From Candidatus Odinarchaeota archaeon (GTDB lineage Archaea; Asgardarchaeota; Odinarchaeia; Odinarchaeales; Odinarchaeaceae): a stretch of 6,869 bases of DNA. Under the pieces are notes generated by a model, which did not search any database, had not been told where the DNA came from, and saw only the letters and a program-made list of their open reading frames with translations. The stretch covers positions 1-6,869 of the forward strand of contig JAWBON010000062.1 of assembly GCA_038826135.1 (NCBI GenBank). The letters are read 5' to 3'. The position numbers and the translations under genes were made by a program. The stretch's first letter is position 1; each line of letters opens with the position of its first letter. Shown here piece after piece: positions 1 through 5,402 of this stretch.

Positions 1-1308
1 GAAGATGATAGAATAGTCGATGTTGGAAAATACAACGAGCTAAAAAACAAGTATCAAAGCTATGATAAAATTGACTGTAAAAATAAGATCATCATGCCGC
101 CGTTCATAAACTGTCATACACACGCTTCCATGACTCTGTTAAGAGGATACGCTGACGATCTACCGTTATTCGAGTGGTTGACTAAATGGATTTTCCCAAT
201 TGAGAAAAATCTCACTCCAAGCGATATTTACTTGGGAACAAAACTAGCTGTTGTAGAGAGTGCTTTATCAGGTGTTTCATGTCTAAATACTATGTACTAC
301 TTTATGGATATGGAAGCTGAAGCTATTTCCCAAGCTGGTTTAAGGGGGGTAGTCGGCCATGTATGCTTCTCGAATAATAAGCGTCAAGACAGCTCAATAA
401 CTTTTAATCTAGTTAAAAAATGGCATAACTCTAAGGATGGGCTTATACGTGTTAGTGTTGACCCGCATTCAATCTACACAGTCGACCCTGTATATTTAAA
501 AGAACTCTACCTGCTTAAAGAGGAGCTTAACAATAAATACGGGTCGCCTACCGCACCTATACACTGGCATATACACACGGCGGAAACCAGCGATGAAATG
601 GCTAAAATGAGAGAAGCCTTCGCCTCACACGAGGATACAGAGGTTAAAGAGCTAGTTAACAATCACTATGAAGGCGTATTCGACTATCTTAATCATTTAA
701 ATGTTTTAGACTCTGAAGTTACAGCAGCCCACTGCGTTCACCTTACAAGTAAAGATATCGAAGTAATCAGTAAAAAATCCGTTAAAGTTGTTCACAACCC
801 TGTTAGTAATCTAAAACTAGCCTCCGGGATAAGTCCTGTAACCACGCTTTTAAAAAATAAGGTTAACGTCTCCTTGGGTACAGACGGACCGTGTTCTAAT
901 AATAGTTTAGACATGTTCGAGACTGTTAAACTCACAGCCCTCCTTCATAAAGGAGTGAATTTAAATCCGACAATATTACCTGCTCAAACAGTGATTAGAA
1001 TGGCTACGTTCGACGCTGCTAAAACACTCGGATGGAGCAGTGAAATAGGCAGCGTTGAGAAAGGTAAAAAAGCCGATATCTTGATCGTGGATTTATCTAA
1101 ACCCCACGCGACACCGTTATACAATGAGTATAGTCATCTAGTTTACGCATTAAAATCAAGCGATGTGGAAAGCTTAATAGTTAACGGCCGTTTCATAGTT
1201 GAGAACAGAGTTATGAAAACAGTAAACGTTGAAGAAGTTATTGTTAAAGTAGCTAAATGGGTTGAAAACAAGTTAGCTGATAAATCGCTAACAGTTAAAG
1301 ATAAATAG
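1..1308 (+). CDS. mtaD: Amidohydrolase, MTA/SAH/5'-deoxyadenosine deaminase family (MtaD/DadD-like), 5'-truncated at the window edge
   Basis: Frame 1 is open from base 1 (EDDRIVDVGKYNELKNKYQSYDKIDCKNKIIMPPFINCHTH...), so the ATG at 94 is internal. Motifs: metal-binding NCHTH, subfamily motif LLRGYADDLPLFEWL...FPIE, DPHSIYT, HIHTAET, AHCVH, HNPVSNLKLASG, LGTDGPCSNNSLDMF. The exact substrate is not determinable from sequence. Confidence 0.87.
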   Translation, partial: EDDRIVDVGKYNELKNKYQSYDKIDCKNKIIMPPFINCHTHASMTLLRGYADDLPLFEWLTKWIFPIEKNLTPSDIYLGTKLAVVESALSGVSCLNTMYYFMDMEAEAISQAGLRGVVGHVCFSNNKRQDSSITFNLVKKWHNSKDGLIRVSVDPHSIYTVDPVYLKELYLLKEELNNKYGSPTAPIHWHIHTAETSDEMAKMREAFASHEDTEVKELVNNHYEGVFDYLNHLNVLDSEVTAAHCVHLTSKDIEVISKKSVKVVHNPVSNLKLASGISPVTTLLKNKVNVSLGTDGPCSNNSLDMFETVKLTALLHKGVNLNPTILPAQTVIRMATFDAAKTLGWSSEIGSVEKGKKADILIVDLSKPHATPLYNEYSHLVYALKSSDVESLIVNGRFIVENRVMKTVNVEEVIVKVAKWVENKLADKSLTVKDK

Positions 1309-1322
1309 TTAAAACTTATAGA
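1309..1322 (+). promoter_or_regulatory. Candidate archaeal BRE/TATA promoter for ahcY (TTAAAA-CTTATA)
   Basis: An A-rich BRE-like stretch is followed by CTTATA, about 25 nt upstream of the putative RBS at 1344. Motif match only. Confidence 0.4.
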
Positions 1323-1343
1323 ATTACCGGATAATCCAACTAT

Positions 1344-1348
1344 AGGTG
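1344..1348 (+). promoter_or_regulatory. Shine-Dalgarno-like site AGGTG for ahcY
   Basis: AGGTG lies 6 nt before the ATG at 1355 and is complementary to the archaeal 16S anti-SD. This favours ATG 1355 over GTG 1346. Confidence 0.6.
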
Positions 1349-1354
1349 TCTAAA

Positions 1355-2614
1355 ATGGTGGAGTACGAGATAAAAAAACCGGAGTTAGCTGGTCAAGGCA
1401 AGCTAACTATTGAATGGACTGAAAATCACATGCCAGTTTTAAATCTAATAAAGAAAAGATTCCAGGATGAAAAACCTTTAAAAGGATACAGGATCGCAGC
1501 GTGTCTCCACGTGACTAAGGAGACCGCTGTTTTAGTAAAAACGCTTAAAGCTGGAGGTGCTGAAGTAGCCTTATGTGCTTCTAATCCTCTATCAACCCAG
1601 GATGATGTAGCTGCAGCTTTAATTGAAGAAGGTATTAATGTATTCGCTTGGAGAGATGAGAGTAAAGACGATTATTACCGTCTTATGAACAGAGTTTTAG
1701 ATTTCCAACCCAATATTACTTTAGACGATGGCGGCGACCTAGTTAACACAGTCCACTCATCCCGCCGAGAATTGCTTGGAAACATTATAGGAGGATGCGA
1801 GGAGACAACAACTGGTGTAATCAGGCTTAGAATGATGGCTAAAGATAAAGTTCTCAAATACCCGATGATCGCCGTCAATGATACACCTACAAAATGGGAT
1901 TTCGATAATGTTTACGGAACAGGTCAGAGTTCAATAGACGGAATTCTAAGAGCGACTAGCATATTACTTGCTGGTAAAAACTTCGTCGTAGCCGGTTACG
2001 GACACTGTGGCAGGGGTGTCGCTTCAAGAGCTAGGGGAATGGGCGCGCACGTTATAATAACAGAAATAGATCCTGTTAAATCTCTGAGAGCGTTAATGGA
2101 CGGATACCGTGTTATGACAATGGAGGAGGCTGTGAAGATAGGGGACATATTCATAACTGCAACAGGTAACACAAGTGTTATCAGAATCGAGCATATGGAG
2201 AAGATGAAGGATGGAGCGGTTGTTTGTAATACAGGGCATTTCAACGTGGAGATAGATGTCGCCGACCTTGAGAAAACAGCTAAACGTAAAAGAAGGATCA
2301 GACCGAATGTTGACGAGTATCTTTTACCGAATAATCGGAGAATATATCTTATCGCTGAAGGGCGGTTAGTTAACCTGGCGGCCGCTGAAGGTCATCCTAG
2401 TGAAGTTATGGACATGTCTTTCTCAGATCAATCTCTATCAGTAGAATATATTATAAAGCATGGTAGAGAGATGAAGCCGGATGTGTATAATGTTCCTTTA
2501 GAAATAGATGAACAGGTGGCCAGACTTAAACTAGAGTCTTTAAATGTTAGGATAGATAAACTTACCGAGAAACAGATAGCTTATCTTTCAAGCTATCATC
2601 TCGGAACAGAGTGA
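1355..2614 (+). CDS. ahcY: Adenosylhomocysteinase (S-adenosyl-L-homocysteine hydrolase), archaeal type, 419 aa
   Basis: Motifs MPVL, CLHVTKET, SNPLSTQDDVAAAL, LDDGGDL, GCEETTTG, AVND, FDNVYGTGQS, Rossmann VAGYGHCGRG, NTGHFNVEI, EGRLVNLAAAEGHP.EVMDMSF. The start is placed at ATG 1355 because the ORF-track GTG at 1346 overlaps the RBS. Confidence 0.96.
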   Translation: MVEYEIKKPELAGQGKLTIEWTENHMPVLNLIKKRFQDEKPLKGYRIAACLHVTKETAVLVKTLKAGGAEVALCASNPLSTQDDVAAALIEEGINVFAWRDESKDDYYRLMNRVLDFQPNITLDDGGDLVNTVHSSRRELLGNIIGGCEETTTGVIRLRMMAKDKVLKYPMIAVNDTPTKWDFDNVYGTGQSSIDGILRATSILLAGKNFVVAGYGHCGRGVASRARGMGAHVIITEIDPVKSLRALMDGYRVMTMEEAVKIGDIFITATGNTSVIRIEHMEKMKDGAVVCNTGHFNVEIDVADLEKTAKRKRRIRPNVDEYLLPNNRRIYLIAEGRLVNLAAAEGHPSEVMDMSFSDQSLSVEYIIKHGREMKPDVYNVPLEIDEQVARLKLESLNVRIDKLTEKQIAYLSSYHLGTE

Positions 2615-2616
2615 AC

Positions 2617-2620
2617 GGTG
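2617..2620 (+). promoter_or_regulatory. RBS (GGTG) for the methyltransferase gene, suggesting co-transcription with ahcY
   Basis: There is a 13-nt gap after the ahcY stop, and GGTG lies 7 nt before ATG 2628. Confidence 0.5.
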
Positions 2621-2627
2621 TTTTATC

Positions 2628-2948
2628 ATGTACGGCGTATCTGACATATATCAAATCGCTGACAAATATGATTTTAAATTCTCAATGGTGGAATTTTTAC
2701 TCGACACGTACGGTCCTAAAAAAGGTACTGCAATCCTCGCAGCTCTTAGAACACCAGTAAAACGATACGCTCTAAGAGTTAACACTCTTAAAACCACAAG
2801 CGGCGAAGTTATCGATAAACTTTTAGTTAATGGAATAGAAGCAGAGGTGGATAAGAGCTTTAACGATGTAATCTACATTCAAGTTAAAGGGCCATACAGC
2901 ATTCGAGAATCGGAGAAGATCATTATAGCTGATAAATTTCGCCGCTGA
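2628..2948 (+). CDS. N-terminal fragment of the NSUN6/RsmB-like methyltransferase (zero-frame product, 106 aa)
   Basis: Contains LRTPVKRYALRVNTLKT, the typical RsmB/NOP2-family N-terminal RVNTLK motif. It ends ADKF-RR-stop just as the PUA domain begins. Confidence 0.75.
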   Translation: MYGVSDIYQIADKYDFKFSMVEFLLDTYGPKKGTAILAALRTPVKRYALRVNTLKTTSGEVIDKLLVNGIEAEVDKSFNDVIYIQVKGPYSIRESEKIIIADKFRR

Positions 2949-2955
2949 AAGCGTT

Positions 2956-3828
2956 ATGATGGGTGCTAACCTTTATTCTAAAGGAGTGGTTAAGATAGAG
3001 GATTCGAAAGCCGGGGATGATATTACTATTGTACCGCCAAGAGGCGGACCTGTAGCGTATGGTTTACAAGAGCTTGACGCTGATAAAATATTCAGTAAAC
3101 GTGAAGGATTGGCTGTTAACGTTTTAGAATCGGTTTACAAGATGCCGAGGCTTAGAGAACTTTCACTATACAGTGAAGGCTTATTATTCGATCAATCATT
3201 TCCATCAATAATAGTCGGACATATTCTATCTCCTAGTGAAGTCGACCATGTTATCGACATGTGCGCTGCTCCGGGTGGTAAGACCACACACATAGCCCAG
3301 CTTATGAATAATAAAGGGAAAATCTTAGCCTGCGATCGTTCATATAATCGTTTAAAAACCCTGCACGAACACGCTATTAGACTGGGTGTTAGAAACATAA
3401 ATTTATTGAACACGGATGTTAGGTTGATAAGTGACGAGTACACGTTAAAATTTGATAAGGTTATTCTAGACCCTCCTTGTACGAGTCTAGGTCATAGACC
3501 GAAGATTTACGATTCTGTTGAAATAAAACGCTCTCAAGCCCTTTCAAACTATCAAATTCAGCTTTTCAAAACAGCCTCTAAGATAATTAAGCCAGGAGGA
3601 TACTTAGTTTACAGTACATGCACTATCCCCTACTACGAGAATGAGTTAATTGTAAAATTCGCTTGTGAAAACCTCGGTTTCCGAATACAGGAACCTCCTT
3701 TTAAAATCGCCTTAAAAGGAGAATTCTCTGAAGATTACCCGGATTTATCTATGTGCTACCGATTCTATCCTGATAAGCAGGATACACCCGGCTTTTTTAT
3801 AGCGTTATTAAAAAAAATGGTTGACTAA
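2956..3828 (+). CDS. PUA plus catalytic fragment of the NSUN6/RsmB-like m5C methyltransferase (+1 frame, open from 2929)
   Basis: PUA segment GANLYSKGV...GDDITI, then DQSFPS, SAM-binding DMCAAPGGKTTHIAQLM, motif IV ILDPPC (3469-3480), motif VI YSTCT (3610-3624), ENE and C-terminal PGFFIALLKK. No RBS precedes ATG 2956. Confidence 0.85.
   Translation: MMGANLYSKGVVKIEDSKAGDDITIVPPRGGPVAYGLQELDADKIFSKREGLAVNVLESVYKMPRLRELSLYSEGLLFDQSFPSIIVGHILSPSEVDHVIDMCAAPGGKTTHIAQLMNNKGKILACDRSYNRLKTLHEHAIRLGVRNINLLNTDVRLISDEYTLKFDKVILDPPCTSLGHRPKIYDSVEIKRSQALSNYQIQLFKTASKIIKPGGYLVYSTCTIPYYENELIVKFACENLGFRIQEPPFKIALKGEFSEDYPDLSMCYRFYPDKQDTPGFFIALLKKMVD
3810..3817 (-). terminator. Candidate oligo(T)8 archaeal terminator for gfcR
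   Basis: A8 on the + strand reads as T8 on the - strand, 7 nt after the gfcR TAG. It is embedded in the methyltransferase codons TTA-AAA-AAA-ATG. Confidence 0.45.
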
Positions 3829-4457
3829 CCACGGGTTAACGGCAAAACCTTTATTAAACTTTTAACAGGTATACCTGTAACCGCGTCAACCCCCTTCTTA
3901 TCTATTAAAATCACAGCGCCCACTATCTCAGCCGCGCATTCTTTAGCGAACTCCCCTATTATTTTTATTCGCGCACCTGTGGTTAGAACATCGTCAACTA
4001 ATAGAACTTTTTTATTTTTGATCTCGGAGAAGCTCGACTCCTCTATTACAGTTTCATAGCATTTATCCCCTTCAGTTACATGTTGCTGTCTTAGTAAAGC
4101 TAAAGGCTTACCTAACTCTCTGGCGACTATAAGTGCTATAGGCCCGCCGTCTACATCTACACCCGCAACTATATCCGGTTCTTGGAAGACGCCTTTTTCA
4201 ATGTTCTCCATAGCTAGATCTGACAGCATTAAACCTGCGTATTCAACTCTGATGAAGCTTGAACCTATCTGGCTCCAATCAGCGTAAACGTCCACAGGCT
4301 CCGGCGGCGCTTTAGCTAGTACACCCTTCTTCGCATGCATCTTCAACCAGGCAGCTGTATCCAACTGAACATTTAAGCGATTAGCTATTTCCTCCGTAGT
4401 TAACCCTTTATCAACCATCTCTTTTGTTTTCGAAATCAATTCCTCCAAGTTTCTCAA
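3825..4457 (-). CDS. gfcR: HTH plus phosphoribosyltransferase-fold protein (orotate PRTase-like PRK02277 / GfcR-type transcriptional regulator), 210 aa
   Basis: N-terminal MRNLEELISK...KGLTTEEIANRLNVQLDTAAWL helix-turn-helix, family motif DVYADWSQIGSS, PRPP-binding loop VLLVDDVLTTG, and C-terminal AVILIDKKG...GIPVKSLI. TTG start with a strong AGGAGGA RBS. Confidence 0.85.
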   Translation of the reverse strand: MRNLEELISKTKEMVDKGLTTEEIANRLNVQLDTAAWLKMHAKKGVLAKAPPEPVDVYADWSQIGSSFIRVEYAGLMLSDLAMENIEKGVFQEPDIVAGVDVDGGPIALIVARELGKPLALLRQQHVTEGDKCYETVIEESSFSEIKNKKVLLVDDVLTTGARIKIIGEFAKECAAEIVGAVILIDKKGVDAVTGIPVKSLIKVLPLTRG

Positions 4458-4464
4458 ACACTCT

Positions 4465-4471
4465 TCCTCCT
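4465..4471 (-). promoter_or_regulatory. Shine-Dalgarno AGGAGGA for gfcR
   Basis: The - strand reads AGGAGGA-AGAGTGT-TTG (7-nt spacer). Confidence 0.75.
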
Positions 4472-4503
4472 AAACTATCAGTTAACCCTCAACCCTATTA
4501 CTT

Positions 4504-4525
4504 GTTTAAGATTTTAATCTTGAAC
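4504..4525. promoter_or_regulatory. 22-bp imperfect palindrome (GTTTAAGATT-TT-AATCTTGAAC) overlapping the candidate gfcR BRE/TATA
   Basis: The arms match at 9 of 10 positions. The - strand reads ATTAAAAT-CTTAAAC, resembling BRE-TATA, 47-68 nt upstream of the gfcR start. Confidence 0.5.
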
Positions 4526-4561
4526 GTTTATTTTATCATTACATTCTTATTTAACTATCTA

Positions 4562-5251
4562 TTAAAATCTGTTATCATACTTAAAACCGTACTCGCCTAT
4601 AAGCGGTACAAACGCTACACCGCCGCGGTTAATCTGGTTCACTCTCCCATTAATTTTCTCCACGACTATTAAATCCTGCCATAAGTGTAACCCCCCTACA
4701 GGGATCACCATTCTACCCGGATCTTTTAACTGCTCTATTAGTGGTGGCGGAATACCCGGAGATGCGGCTGTAACCAGTATTCTGTCAAAAGGGGCTTTTT
4801 CAGGAAGACCCTTGCTGCCGTCACGGTGGAATACTCTAACCCATTTACTGTAACCTGTTCTGATTATATTTTTTAAAGCAAATCTTGCAAGAGGCCTTAT
4901 TCTCTCAATAGTGTATACGCAGCCTCCATCACCGGATTTAACAAGTTCAGCGCATAAAGCTGCGTGATAACCGCTTCCCGTGCCTATTTCAAGAACTTTC
5001 GATCCTTTTGAAAGCTTAAGCTCTTCTAACATCATTAAAACCATGTGAATCGCAGATATAGTTTGCCCCCATCCTATAGGCAGAGGCATATCCTCATAAG
5101 CTCTACCTCTCAATTTTTTAGGAAGAAACTCCTCCCTAGGAACATTTAAGAAAGCCTCTTTCACCCGCTTTGACTTAACAAACCCCGTTCTGACTAGGCG
5201 TTCTAGAACAATTAAACGTTCATTTGAAAGCCCATCATTAACCAAATTCAA
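4562..5251 (-). CDS. pcm: Protein-L-isoaspartate O-methyltransferase (PIMT)
   Basis: Motifs AFLNVPREEF, AYEDMPLPIGWGQTISAIHMV, VLEIGTGSGYHAA, VYTIER, DGSKGLPEKAPFDRILVTAA, LIEQLKDPGRMVIPVG, VAFVPLIGEYG. TTG start at 5251 or 5245; an in-frame stop lies at 5267-5269. Confidence 0.95.
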   Translation of the reverse strand: MNLVNDGLSNERLIVLERLVRTGFVKSKRVKEAFLNVPREEFLPKKLRGRAYEDMPLPIGWGQTISAIHMVLMMLEELKLSKGSKVLEIGTGSGYHAALCAELVKSGDGGCVYTIERIRPLARFALKNIIRTGYSKWVRVFHRDGSKGLPEKAPFDRILVTAASPGIPPPLIEQLKDPGRMVIPVGGLHLWQDLIVVEKINGRVNQINRGGVAFVPLIGEYGFKYDNRF

Positions 5252-5263
5252 ACAACCATCCGA

Positions 5264-5295
5264 GTTTTAAACAGGATTTAATAAATGTTTAAAAC
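5264..5295. repeat. Perfect 10-bp inverted repeat GTTTTAAACA-N12-TGTTTAAAAC in the pcm promoter region, with AACCATCC direct repeats at 5254-5261 and 5293-5300
   Basis: Read directly from the sequence. The spacer contains TTTATTAAAT on the - strand, which is TATA-like at about the right distance from the pcm start. Confidence 0.6.
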
Positions 5296-5322
5296 CATCC
5301 TCAACTAATAATACTATCAACC

Positions 5323-5334
5323 AGTTAATTAACT
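5323..5334. promoter_or_regulatory. Perfect 12-bp palindrome AGTTAATTAACT in the middle of the pcm/ThDP-enzyme divergent region
   Basis: The sequence is its own reverse complement. Its function is unknown. Confidence 0.35.
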
Positions 5335-5372
5335 TCATTACTGATAACCGCGACTTAAACTAGCCTCTATTG

Positions 5373-5380
5373 CTATAAAT
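5373..5380 (+). promoter_or_regulatory. Candidate TATA box (CTATAAAT) for the ThDP-enzyme gene
   Basis: TATAAAT lies 23-29 nt upstream of TTG 5403. An alternative is CTTAAAC at 5354-5360. Confidence 0.4.
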
Positions 5381-5402
5381 ATTTTAAACGAGTGTGAATG
5401 AC

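Larger units (their letters stand above)
2628..3828 (+). pseudogene. Frameshifted PUA-domain RNA cytosine-C5 methyltransferase (RsmB/NOP2/NSUN family, archaeal NSUN6 / tRNA m5C72-like); about 399 aa if rejoined. Could be a pseudogene, a sequencing error or a recoded gene
   Basis: Removing one base at 2937-2940 joins ...KIIIADKF to AAESVMMGANLYSKGV..., matching the family pattern VVxxKxAAESVxxGAxLYxPGV. The joined length of 104+295 aa matches full-length archaeal NSUN6-like proteins. All catalytic motifs are intact. Confidence 0.85.

Noticed and set aside
94-96. ATG given as the deaminase start in the ORF track
   Set aside because: The frame is open to base 1 and encodes the typical amidohydrolase N-terminal strands, so the real start is upstream of the window.
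1329-1337. Short inverted repeat GGAT-A-ATCC between the deaminase and ahcY
   Set aside because: The 4-bp arms are too short to distinguish from chance.
1346-1348. GTG start for ahcY
   Set aside because: It overlaps the AGGTG RBS; ATG 1355 has proper RBS spacing.
1675-1878. 67-aa ORF on the - strand
   Set aside because: Antisense shadow entirely inside the highly conserved ahcY, with no recognisable motif.
1996-2244. 82-aa ORF on the - strand
   Set aside because: Antisense shadow inside ahcY, with no motif and no RBS.
3192-3443. 83-aa ORF on the - strand
   Set aside because: Antisense to the methyltransferase catalytic core, with no supporting features.
4484-4496. AACCCT-C-AACCCT telomere-like hexamer pair
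   Set aside because: Only two copies, which is expected by chance; it is not an array.
4478-4539. Possible C/D-box sRNA on the - strand (ATGATAA ... CTGA, 62 nt)
   Set aside because: Box C is imperfect, there is no credible D'/C' pair with 10-12-nt guides, and the region is better explained as the gfcR promoter.
4424-4672. 82-aa + strand ORF with a hydrophobic, TM-like stretch spanning the gfcR start, the intergenic region and the pcm end
   Set aside because: It overlaps two real genes on the opposite strand. Its F/I/L/Y richness is what T-rich promoter DNA yields. It has a TTG start with no RBS. Only Ribo-seq or proteomics could rescue it.
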